A stretch of 64,000 nt of DNA from contig CAVTRY010000011.1 in assembly GCA_963737265.1 (NCBI GenBank), positions 1,088,001 through 1,152,000 of the forward strand. The letters are read 5' to 3'. The position numbers and the translations under genes were made by a program. Below, one piece after another: positions 9,904 to 18,764 of the stretch. Position 1 is the first letter of the stretch, and each line of letters opens with the position of its first letter. Source of the stretch: an uncultured delta proteobacterium. GTDB lineage: Bacteria; Myxococcota_A; Polyangia; Fen-1088. The notes under the pieces were generated by a model that saw nothing but the letters and a program-made list of their open reading frames with translations, ran no database searches and was not told the origin of the DNA.

Positions 9904-12048
9904 ATGACAGCCCGCAGAAATGCCGTTGCCGCAATTGCCACAAAGAAAGTTGAATCTACCGAAAACTACCTGGAGCATGCCGGTGAGGATATCTACGGCA
10001 GCTACGTGTTCGGAGACGACGCCCAGCGCGAGTACCTGCCCAAGCCGGTCTATCGCCAACTTCGCCGCACGATCGCCGGGCTAGAGCCATTCGATTCCGG
10101 CATCGCCGATGCCGTGGCGCAAGGTATGAAGGCGTGGGCGCTTTCGCATGGCGCCACTCACTACACGCATTGGTTTATTCCGCTCACCGGCACCACCGCG
10201 GAAAAGCACGACTCGTTCCTCAATCCTGACGGTGACGGCAAGACCATCGTCGAGTTCTCGGGCAAGGCGCTCATCCAGGGTGAGCCCGACGCCTCCTCGT
10301 TCCCCTCTGGCGGCGTGCGCTCGACCTTCGAGGCTCGCGGCTACACCGCGTGGGACGTCACCTCGCCGGCCTTCTTGCAAGTCGAGCCGAACGGCGTCAC
10401 GCTGACTATCCCCACGGCCTTCGTCTCGTACACGGGAGAGGCCCTGGACCAGAAAATCCCCCTTTTGCGCTCGCAGGAGGCGATTGCCAAGCAGGCACTA
10501 CGCATCCTCAAATGGTTTGGCAATACCACCACCAAGAGGGTCTTCACGACCATCGGTCCCGAGCAGGAGTACTTTCTCGTCGATCGCGGTCTGGCCGAGC
10601 TCCGTCCCGACCTGGTGCTGACCGGTCGCACGCTGTTTGGTGCGCCATCCCCCAAGGGCCAGGAGCTGGAAGACCAGTACTTCGGCTCGATTCGCGAGCG
10701 CATCCTGGCCTTCATGCAGGACCTCGATCGCGAGCTGTGGCGCCTGGGTATGCCGTCGAAGACCCGCCACAACGAGGTTGCTCCGGCCCAGTTCGAGTTG
10801 GCTCCCATGTTCGAGGCGACCACGGTGGGCTCGGATCACAACATGCTGTTGCTCAATCTGATGCGCAAGATCGCCTTCCAGCACGGTCTGGCGGCGCTGG
10901 TGCATGAGAAGCCCTTCCGCGGCGTCAACGGCTCGGGCAAGCACAACAACTGGTCGATGGCCACCGATGACGGCGAGAACCTTCTCAACCCGGGCCACGA
11001 CCCGCATGCCAACGCGCAGTTCCTGACCTTCCTGGCCGCCACCATCCGCGCGGTCAGCCTGCACTCCGATCTGCTGCGCGCCTCGGTCGCCGACGCCGGC
11101 AACGACCATCGCTTGGGCGCCAACGAGGCTCCACCCGCCATCGTCTCCATCTTCCTCGGTGCTCAGCTGGAAGACATCGTCCAGCAACTGGAGAAGGGCA
11201 CCGCTTCTTCGTCCAAGCAGGGCGGCAAGCTAGAGCTGGGTGTCACCACCCTGCCCATTCTGCCCAAGGACTCCACAGACCGCAACCGCACCTCGCCTTT
11301 CGCCTTCACCGGCAACAGGTTCGAGTTCCGCGCGGTTGGTTCCTCGGTGCCAATCTACTGGCCCCAGACCGTGCTCAACACCATCGTGGCCGAGTCGCTT
11401 TCGGTCATCGCCGACAAGCTCGACAAGCTCAAAAGCAACGACTTCGCCGGCCTCACCAAGATCCTGTCCGAGGTCATCAAAGAGAACAAGCAGGTGCTCT
11501 TCTCGGGCAATAACTACGCCGAGGAATGGCATGCGGAGGCCGCCAAGCGCGGACTGCCGAACAACAAGAGCACGGTCGACGCCTTGCCGGCTCTCCAAAC
11601 GGAAAAGGCCAAGAAGATCTTCGCGCAGTTCGGCGTGCTCTCCGAGCGCGAGCTTGAGAGTCGTTACGAGATCGCTTGGGAGCGATACGTCAAGGTGCAG
11701 AACATCGAGGCCAACGCGTCCATCGAGATCGCACGGACGCTCCTCGTCCCGGCAGCCGTGAAGTACCTTGGCGAGCTTGGCGCGGCATCGAAATCCAAGG
11801 GAGCCAACAAGCTCGCCGACAAAATCGCCGGGCTGGTTGACAACTTGGTGGAGAACATTGACGCGCTCGAAAAGGCCCAGCATGCAGCCCATGCGGCCGG
11901 TTCGCTCCACGCCGAGGCCAAGGCGTTCAAGGAGAAGGTGATTCCGGCCCAAGACTTGGTGCGGGAAGTGGCGGACGCGCTCGAGACCTTGGTTTCGGAC
12001 GAGCTCTGGCCGCTGCCCAAGTACCGGGAGCTGCTCTTCCAATACTAG
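9904..12048 (+). CDS. glutamine synthetase type III
   Basis: 714 aa; HYTHWF, EPDASSFPSGG, GPEQEYFL, HNEVAPAQFE, HEKPFRGVNGSGKHNNWS, DRNRTSPFAFTGNRFEFR, C-terminal WPLPKYRELLF. Confidence 0.95.
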   Translation: MTARRNAVAAIATKKVESTENYLEHAGEDIYGSYVFGDDAQREYLPKPVYRQLRRTIAGLEPFDSGIADAVAQGMKAWALSHGATHYTHWFIPLTGTTAEKHDSFLNPDGDGKTIVEFSGKALIQGEPDASSFPSGGVRSTFEARGYTAWDVTSPAFLQVEPNGVTLTIPTAFVSYTGEALDQKIPLLRSQEAIAKQALRILKWFGNTTTKRVFTTIGPEQEYFLVDRGLAELRPDLVLTGRTLFGAPSPKGQELEDQYFGSIRERILAFMQDLDRELWRLGMPSKTRHNEVAPAQFELAPMFEATTVGSDHNMLLLNLMRKIAFQHGLAALVHEKPFRGVNGSGKHNNWSMATDDGENLLNPGHDPHANAQFLTFLAATIRAVSLHSDLLRASVADAGNDHRLGANEAPPAIVSIFLGAQLEDIVQQLEKGTASSSKQGGKLELGVTTLPILPKDSTDRNRTSPFAFTGNRFEFRAVGSSVPIYWPQTVLNTIVAESLSVIADKLDKLKSNDFAGLTKILSEVIKENKQVLFSGNNYAEEWHAEAAKRGLPNNKSTVDALPALQTEKAKKIFAQFGVLSERELESRYEIAWERYVKVQNIEANASIEIARTLLVPAAVKYLGELGAASKSKGANKLADKIAGLVDNLVENIDALEKAQHAAHAAGSLHAEAKAFKEKVIPAQDLVREVADALETLVSDELWPLPKYRELLFQY

Positions 12049-12063
12049 CGACAACCCACATGG

Positions 12064-12102
12064 AACGAGGCCGGTTGGTAACAGCCGGCCTCGTTTTGTT
12101 TT
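12064..12102 (+). terminator. rho-independent terminator after GS III
   Basis: AACGAGGCCGG...CCGGCCTCGTT stem followed by TTGTTTT. Confidence 0.85.
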
Positions 12103-12217
12103 GCCTGTCAAGGTTGTGCACCCTCGGCTGGATGACAACGAGCACCCTATGCGAAACTCGTTGCGGAGAATCAAAGACCTCCCTAGAGTTGCGCCCCTCC
12201 CTGTCGGCAGTCGTTCT

Positions 12218-13120
12218 ATGTCCAGTATTTCTTTTGGCGAGCGAGTAGCAAGAGACGCGTGGCGCATTGCGCCCAAGGCGCTCCTTTCCAGGGTGATTGG
12301 CTGGGGCTCCAGACGAGAGCTTCCCCGACGTCTTCAGACCCTACTGCTCAACTCCTACGCTCGGACCTACGGCCTCGACTGCGCCGAAGCGGAGCTCTCC
12401 ATAGACAGCTACAAGAGCTTGCACGCATTTTTTGCCCGACGCTTGCGACCAGATGCTCGCACCCTGCCTGCCGATAGAAATGCGATCATGGCCCCTTCCG
12501 ATGGCACGATCTGCGAGGCTGGACTTGCTTCCGCTGGCAGGCTGCTGGAGGCCAAGGGTTCACTCTTCACCTTGGCTAACCTTTTGGCGGACGACACCCT
12601 GGCCGCTCGCCTTGCCGGCGGACCCTATATCGTCATCTACTTATCTCCTCGCGACTATCATCGCGTGCACTTTCCGATGGGCGGCAAGGTTGTCTCGTGG
12701 ACCCATATCCCAGGGAAGCTTTTTCCGGTGGGCAGCAGCAGCGTCAGACGCGAGCCCGGCCTTTTCGCGAAAAATGAGCGCTTCGTTACTGTCGTGGATG
12801 GCCCGGCTGGTCGCTACGCGGTCGTCATGGTTGCCGCGGTTGGAGTCGGACATATCACCGCTAGCTACGATTCCGAAGTCGCGACGCATGACGCCGGTTT
12901 TGCAAAAATCTCCATGCGACATAGGCAATTCGAGTCGCCCGTGCCCGTTGAAACTGGACAGGAGCTCGGGATCTTCAACCTCGGCTCGACCACCATCACG
13001 ATTTTCGAGCCGGGCCGGGTTGAGCTGGACGATCTTGTTTCTGACACACAAATGAGGATGGGAGCTGAAGTTGGCCGTATCATAACAAGACACCTGCACG
13101 GACAGACGCCCCGCCAATGA
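12218..13120 (+). CDS. psd: phosphatidylserine decarboxylase proenzyme
   Basis: FFARRL, APSDG, YLSPRDYHRVHFP, NER, FNLGST autocleavage motif; start uncertain (12101-12218). Confidence 0.9.
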   Translation: MSSISFGERVARDAWRIAPKALLSRVIGWGSRRELPRRLQTLLLNSYARTYGLDCAEAELSIDSYKSLHAFFARRLRPDARTLPADRNAIMAPSDGTICEAGLASAGRLLEAKGSLFTLANLLADDTLAARLAGGPYIVIYLSPRDYHRVHFPMGGKVVSWTHIPGKLFPVGSSSVRREPGLFAKNERFVTVVDGPAGRYAVVMVAAVGVGHITASYDSEVATHDAGFAKISMRHRQFESPVPVETGQELGIFNLGSTTITIFEPGRVELDDLVSDTQMRMGAEVGRIITRHLHGQTPRQ

Positions 13121-14718
13121 GTCGAAACGGCGACACGCCCCAAGCTCCGACCACGGTCTCGACCCCGGACCATGATGATTCGGTTAGCGCGCGGTTGGAG
13201 ACGGATATGGCTGTCTTGGCCGATCACGATCCGACCCTGAAGTGGATTGTTTCAGACCTTGTGGAAGGGAACGAACAAACTCCGCCGCCTCTGACGTCCG
13301 AGCATTTCGCGCGAACGCCGCCCGCGGAAGAGACGCGGGTCGGTGACCGAACGCCGCCCCCGGAAAAGACGCCGGTCGGTGAACGAACGCCGCTCCCGGA
13401 AAGGACGCCTAGGGCGGCCGTGCGTTTGGTCGATTTCAAGGGCGCTGAGCCCGACGAGTTTTTGGCCGCAGATCCCACGCCTCCTCCGCCAAGCGCGGCA
13501 CCACGGGCCGATGTCTTGGGCGCGGAGCCCACGGCGATACTGCCCGGGCCCACAGGCAGTGATTCCGAGCTGCCCGCAGATGCCGTCGAGATCATTCCTC
13601 ATTCGGCTGGCGAAGTGGGTGCCACACCCTCGGCCTCCGACCTTGCCGACACGCCACCGGACGGAATCCCCACAAACCCAGACTCGTCCTCGCCAGCATC
13701 CTCGGCTGCGGCCGAACCACGTGAAGTGGAGCCGGACCTTCTTGAAATGATGGAGTCGGCTGAACACTTGACGTTATCCGAGGCGGAAACGCCCCCCGAG
13801 GCATCTCAGCCTCCGACGCCTCCTCCGGTCCCGGTCGAAGCTTCCGGCCCAGCGGCGCCAGCCCCGCAACCACCGACGCCTGCGTCTCCCTTGTTCGAAG
13901 AAAGCGCGGCGGCGATCGGCGAATCGCAAATACCTGAAGCTCTCGCACGGCGCTCGCTCAAGAAACGCTCAAAACCCTGGTTCGAGGAGGTGTTTGACGA
14001 GGACTTCCTGCGAACGCTTCCCTTCTCGACCCCAGAGCAGACCGCGCGCGAGGTGACGTTCATTCGCCAAGCCCTGTCCCCGCCAGCGGGTGGCGAGGTT
14101 CTCGATCTCGCGTGTGGGTACGGCCGGCATGCCCTGGAGCTCGCTCAAACTGGGCTCCGCCTAACCGGCCTCGATCTCTCGCTGCCGCTGCTCATCCGAG
14201 CGGCGGACACTGCCCAGCGACGCGGACTCGCCGTCAACTTCGTGCATGCCGATATGCGGGAGATGACGTTCGACAGCCGGTTTGACGCCGCCTACTGTGT
14301 GTTGTCGTCGTTTGGTTACTTCGACGAAGAGACCAATCTGCGGGTTGCAAGCGGCATTTGCCGAGCTTTGAAACCTGGCGGACGATTCCTGCTCGACATC
14401 ATCAACCGCGACTACATCGTCGCTGATCTCCCGAGCCGCACGTGGTGGGAAGGAGACGGCTGCGTTGTGCTCGAAGAAGTGGATTTCAACTACCACACCA
14501 GCCGCGTTCTGATTCGACGTTCAGTCGTTTTCGCCGATGGTCGCCAGGTGGAACAAGAGATATCGATGCGAGCCTACAGCCTGCACGAGGTTGGTAAGCT
14601 GCTTTGCCAAGCGGGTTTCCGGGTCTTGGAAGTTTCCGGCGGCCTAGCAGTGAGATCCAAATTCTTCGGATCGGCTTCGCGCAACATCATTGCTGTCTGC
14701 GAGAGGCCCGTGCCCTAG
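13117..14718 (+). CDS. class I SAM-dependent methyltransferase with long Pro/acidic N-terminal region
   Basis: VLDLACGYGRH, GLDLS, ADMR, LKPGGRFLLD in the C-terminal half; start overlaps psd stop (ATGA). Confidence 0.85.
   Translation: MSRNGDTPQAPTTVSTPDHDDSVSARLETDMAVLADHDPTLKWIVSDLVEGNEQTPPPLTSEHFARTPPAEETRVGDRTPPPEKTPVGERTPLPERTPRAAVRLVDFKGAEPDEFLAADPTPPPPSAAPRADVLGAEPTAILPGPTGSDSELPADAVEIIPHSAGEVGATPSASDLADTPPDGIPTNPDSSSPASSAAAEPREVEPDLLEMMESAEHLTLSEAETPPEASQPPTPPPVPVEASGPAAPAPQPPTPASPLFEESAAAIGESQIPEALARRSLKKRSKPWFEEVFDEDFLRTLPFSTPEQTAREVTFIRQALSPPAGGEVLDLACGYGRHALELAQTGLRLTGLDLSLPLLIRAADTAQRRGLAVNFVHADMREMTFDSRFDAAYCVLSSFGYFDEETNLRVASGICRALKPGGRFLLDIINRDYIVADLPSRTWWEGDGCVVLEEVDFNYHTSRVLIRRSVVFADGRQVEQEISMRAYSLHEVGKLLCQAGFRVLEVSGGLAVRSKFFGSASRNIIAVCERPVP
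13312..13410 (+). repeat. 36-bp in-frame tandem repeat (~2.7 copies)
   Basis: Encodes RTPPAEETRVGD / RTPPPEKTPVGE / RTPLPERTP. Confidence 0.8.
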
Positions 14719-14954
14719 CCGTCCGGTCTCCCGCCGTCACACATCGTCGCGTCAATTGTGACAACCCGACTGGCGCGGTGGCACTAACACGGTCATGGCA
14801 GTTAGTTTACAAGCCATACAACCGATCTATCGGGTCAAGCATCTTATCGTAGGATGAAAGCCAAGGAAGACCAGGAATATTTCTTCGCCTACATTGGTAT
14901 GAAGTGTGGGAGAAGTGGCGATATGAAAGCGGCAACGCGGAAACGGAATGCGCG

Positions 14955-16580
14955 ATGCGTCGAATAGCAGCTAAAATGAAACCAGTCAGAAAACAACGAC
15001 CTATACGCGAGGATCGGCGCGCGAGGATGGTCGAACGCGTGACCTCGACGGCATCGGCCGATGTTGCTGTACCATTTGCCCGTCCGGCAAATGACACCGG
15101 TGCTGAACTCGACTTCGTCGGGGATCCCACGGTTGAGCCTGGATTCGGTCGCGTTGTGGACGAACTGGATTCGGTTGCTGACACTCTCGCGGTCGTAGAA
15201 CCGGAGGTTGAGGACGATTCCCTCCCCGCTGTGTTGGCCGCCAACGCTGCCGTGGGTGAGATTGAGCCAGCCGAGGATCTCCCGGACGAACCCGAAGCTG
15301 ACGACGATGCCGACCCCGAGGTTGGCGCCGAGGCAGAGTCCGCGGACTCTGACGATGAGTCCACCGCTGCGACTCCGGGTGGTCCCAAGTCGGACGAGCC
15401 TCAGAGCTTCCTGGCCATGTATTTTCGCGATATGGCAGAGCTATCGGTGCTCAAGCCTGAACAGGAATTTGAAACGGCTCGGCACATCGAAGAGCTGGAA
15501 TTGGACCTTTGGCAGGCCCTGCTCGCCTACACGGCCTGGGCATCGCATCTTGCGATCACAGTCGAAACCGCGATGGGCAGAGCTCTTCCCGAGCTCAAGA
15601 CCTACCGCATGCTCTCCGAGCGCGTCGGCCGCAAGGGGCCGACCCCCGAAAAGCGCAAACTCTCCAAAACCATGGTTGCCTTAGCGGCCCAGCTCAAGGA
15701 GCTCGACATCGACCGAGTCTTTGTTGATGCTGCCCTTACCGAGCTCCAGCGTCTGAGCGGTGCGGCGCGCATGGGGCGCCCGATCGAGAGGCTCGGATTC
15801 AATACCGAGACCAAGCCATTTCAGGAGTTCGCGTCGACCATCACCAACAAGTCCGGAATCGTCAAACGCGCCAAGAATGAGTTCGTGAAGGCAAATCTGC
15901 GCCTCGTGGTTTCCATCGCCCGTCGCTTTAACCATGGACGACTGCCGCTGCCCGACCTAATCCAGGAAGGGAACATCGGCCTCATGAAGGCGGTCGAGCG
16001 CTACGACTACCGACGGGGATTCCGCTTCTCCACCTACGCGAGTTGGTGGATTCGTCACGCCATCAGCCGAGCGCTCGCCGACAAAGGCCGCGCCGTGCGG
16101 TTACCGGTACACATGATCGATGCGTACCATCGCATTGCCAAGTCCGAGCGCGAGCTCCAGTCGAAGCTCGAACGTCCAGCCACGACCGAGGAAATCGCCT
16201 CGGTGACCGGCATCGAGGCCGAGAAGCTGGAAAAGATGCGCACTTTCCTGGCGGACAATCCAGTTTCCCTGGATCGGTCGCTCTCCGAGGACGATGGGCG
16301 CCGCCTCATCGACGTGCTCGTGGATCCCAACGAAGCGCCGAGCCCGCCCGATCAAATGATGAGCAGCGAGACCCAGCAGGAAATGCTCAAACTGCTGAGC
16401 GTCCTCAAACCTATCGAGGCTGACATCCTGCGCAAGCGCTTCGGGCTCATCAACGACCACGAACGCACTCTCAAGGAAATCGGTGACGAATACCGTTTGT
16501 CCCGCGAACGCGTGCGCCAGTTGCAAGAGCAGGCCTTGGGCAAAATGCGCAAGGCAATGGCCAAGCGCGAGATCGTCTAG
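14955..16580 (+). CDS. RNA polymerase sigma factor, RpoD/RpoS-like (probably group 2)
   Basis: Region 1.2 LAMYFRDM, region 2 [12 protein letters not shown]...[16 protein letters not shown]...[10 protein letters not shown], region 4 TLKEIG...SRERVRQL; start uncertain. Confidence 0.92.
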   Translation: MRRIAAKMKPVRKQRPIREDRRARMVERVTSTASADVAVPFARPANDTGAELDFVGDPTVEPGFGRVVDELDSVADTLAVVEPEVEDDSLPAVLAANAAVGEIEPAEDLPDEPEADDDADPEVGAEAESADSDDESTAATPGGPKSDEPQSFLAMYFRDMAELSVLKPEQEFETARHIEELELDLWQALLAYTAWASHLAITVETAMGRALPELKTYRMLSERVGRKGPTPEKRKLSKTMVALAAQLKELDIDRVFVDAALTELQRLSGAARMGRPIERLGFNTETKPFQEFASTITNKSGIVKRAKNEFVKANLRLVVSIARRFNHGRLPLPDLIQEGNIGLMKAVERYDYRRGFRFSTYASWWIRHAISRALADKGRAVRLPVHMIDAYHRIAKSERELQSKLERPATTEEIASVTGIEAEKLEKMRTFLADNPVSLDRSLSEDDGRRLIDVLVDPNEAPSPPDQMMSSETQQEMLKLLSVLKPIEADILRKRFGLINDHERTLKEIGDEYRLSRERVRQLQEQALGKMRKAMAKREIV

Positions 16581-16589
16581 CTAGCTAGC

Positions 16590-17528
16590 CTAGCCCTCGG
16601 TCGAAAACGGAGCCAGGATGGTGCCTGGTGGGATGCGGTGCCCCGCCAGGAGTGCCTGGGCGAGCATGCGCTTGCGACCTGGCATTTGAAGCTCGGCGAA
16701 GGCGAGTGCGCCCTCGCCGCAGGCTACCGCGAGACCCGCGGGGACGAGACCTAGGACCTCGCCCGGTCTTCCCGAGCCGGCGACCAACGTAGGCCGAAAG
16801 ACCTTGGTGGGCGCGCCAGCCACAACGACGGTCGCTCCGGGCCACGGGTCAACTCCGCGCGCCTGCGCGGACACGCTCGGAGCTGATTGCCCGAAGTCGA
16901 GCAGACCATCTTCCTTTTTCAGCAATGGCGCGAAGGTCGCGGCTGCGTGGTCCTGCGGCTGCAAAACGACGGTTTCCGCGCCGATCCGCGGAAGGGTTTC
17001 CGCCAGCAACCGTGCCCCGAGCGGCGCCAGGCGGTCGGCCAAAGATCCTGCCGTGTCGTCGTCCCTGATTGCATCCTTGGCAAGAGCCGCGACCGGTCCC
17101 GTGTCGAGTCCCTCTTCCATACGCATGATCGTCACGCCGGTCGTGTGCTCGCCCCGGATGACCGCCCACTGAATCGGTGCCGCGCCCCGAAACTTGGGCA
17201 GGATTGAGGCATGCACATTCCACGGGCCGAGCCGGGGTACGGCGAGAAGGTCGGGCGGAAGAATTCGGCCGTAGGCAACGACGACGAACAAGTCGGGCTC
17301 AAGCGCCATGAGCTCGCGGGCCAGTGCGCCATCACGAAGTTTGGTCGGCTGAAAGACCGGAAGCCCGCGCTGGCTCGCCAGTACCTTGACCGCCGGGGCC
17401 TGAACCTTTCCGCCTCGACCCGCCGGACGATCGGGCTGGGTGACGACGGCGACCACGTCGTGGTGATCGGCCACCGCCACAAGCGATGGAACGGCAAAGT
17501 CGGGCGAGCCGAAAAAAACGATTCGCAC
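16590..17528 (-). CDS. fmt: methionyl-tRNA formyltransferase
   Basis: FFGSPDFA, VTQPDRPAGRG, VVAYGRIL, NVHASILPKFRGAAPIQ, GLDTG. Confidence 0.96.
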   Translation of the reverse strand: MRIVFFGSPDFAVPSLVAVADHHDVVAVVTQPDRPAGRGGKVQAPAVKVLASQRGLPVFQPTKLRDGALARELMALEPDLFVVVAYGRILPPDLLAVPRLGPWNVHASILPKFRGAAPIQWAVIRGEHTTGVTIMRMEEGLDTGPVAALAKDAIRDDDTAGSLADRLAPLGARLLAETLPRIGAETVVLQPQDHAAATFAPLLKKEDGLLDFGQSAPSVSAQARGVDPWPGATVVVAGAPTKVFRPTLVAGSGRPGEVLGLVPAGLAVACGEGALAFAELQMPGRKRMLAQALLAGHRIPPGTILAPFSTEG

Positions 17529-17534
17529 GGCCGG

Positions 17535-18764
17535 TCAGCTTCGCGAAAAGCCCGCAGGCGATGGCGTTGCATCCCGAGACCCCGGCTCGCCGTCCGCGTC
17601 CGGGCCATGGGCCAAGTTGAACTCGTAGGCCGAGCGAAGGACTGGGGTCGAGAGCACGCGCAGTCCCTCGTCGAGCACGTCCTGGATGGTTTCAATCTGT
17701 TGCTTCAATTCATGCCACAGCTCCGGCCCGACGGTTTCGGGTGCGATTTCCTTGCGCAGCCTGGTGTAGGCCCGGCGGACGTCATTCGCGTCCGCGCGGC
17801 GATCGAGACCAAGCGACTGGAAGTAGTCGCTTTCCACGGCAAGCGCGTAGCGAGACTGAATGCGCTCGCGATCGATGCCAAGATCGCGCAAGCCCACCCG
17901 CGCGCCGTCCCGCACACTCGTGCCCGCGTCCACGGGCCGCAACACACCAAAGATGGATAATGTTAGTGCAATCCGCGCCACGGTTGCGTCCGAAAGGCCG
18001 CTGTCTCGAACCACGTCAACGAGCGAACGGATACCGTCGAACAGCGATGGCACACGCGTTTCCGCTTTTTCGGCGGTGGCGGCCAACTCGGACACCGAAT
18101 CCGCCGCGCCCGTAGAGTTGTCGAGCAGGAAGGCGATCTTACCCGTCCCCAAGCGCGCCGCGATCTTGTCGCTGGGGTAGTCGCGCGCCAAGCCCTCGCA
18201 GACGAGCACGATGGGATGGCGAAGCAAGCGGGTTCGGTCGGGCCCCGCGGTGACATTGGGATCGATTTGCCAGCGCCCCGTCGTCCAGGCGAAAAGCGAC
18301 AGAATGATGCTTTCGTAGTGGCGCCGAACGGCGGGCAAAAGCTCATCGCTGCGCAAGAAACCCAAGTCGACCAGAACGGCGCCGACCTTCCGTCCCGTGG
18401 CATCGACTACGCGCACAGTCTCTTTGTTCTGGCGGGCGTCGAGCACGCCTTCGCGGGTGAGCATGGCGAGCATTCGATCGGCGGCATCGTCGGAGGCTGC
18501 CATCACGGGGAGGCCGGCCTCGAAGTAGACCGACTTTTCCGCCTGCTCGCCGCGCACGCGCAGCCGGCCGGTCATGCCTTCAAGGTAGATTCGGCCGAGC
18601 AGCAACGGCATGTCGAGATCGGCCAAATCGCCCCCCACGGCCGGACCGCCGCCGACGACGATGGTGCGCAGCGTGCTCGACATCTCCGCGTCGAGAATGC
18701 CGTCGATGCTTTCGGCGAGCCTCCCGAGCAGCTTGGTCGAATCTTCATTGGTCGGCTTCATCAC
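17535..18764 (-). CDS. DUF4388-like protein with C-terminal J-domain-like region lacking HPD
   Basis: GDLADLDMPLLL...TGRL...KSVYFEAG N-terminal pattern; DYFQSLGL...DVRRAYTRL...APE...LSTPVLRSAY J-like C-terminus. Confidence 0.65.
   Translation of the reverse strand: MMKPTNEDSTKLLGRLAESIDGILDAEMSSTLRTIVVGGGPAVGGDLADLDMPLLLGRIYLEGMTGRLRVRGEQAEKSVYFEAGLPVMAASDDAADRMLAMLTREGVLDARQNKETVRVVDATGRKVGAVLVDLGFLRSDELLPAVRRHYESIILSLFAWTTGRWQIDPNVTAGPDRTRLLRHPIVLVCEGLARDYPSDKIAARLGTGKIAFLLDNSTGAADSVSELAATAEKAETRVPSLFDGIRSLVDVVRDSGLSDATVARIALTLSIFGVLRPVDAGTSVRDGARVGLRDLGIDRERIQSRYALAVESDYFQSLGLDRRADANDVRRAYTRLRKEIAPETVGPELWHELKQQIETIQDVLDEGLRVLSTPVLRSAYEFNLAHGPDADGEPGSRDATPSPAGFSRS

Noticed and set aside
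16577-16593. Tandem CTAG run at the convergent sigma/fmt junction (also 6047-6054)
   Set aside because: Largely explained by TAG stops on both strands; too short to support a function
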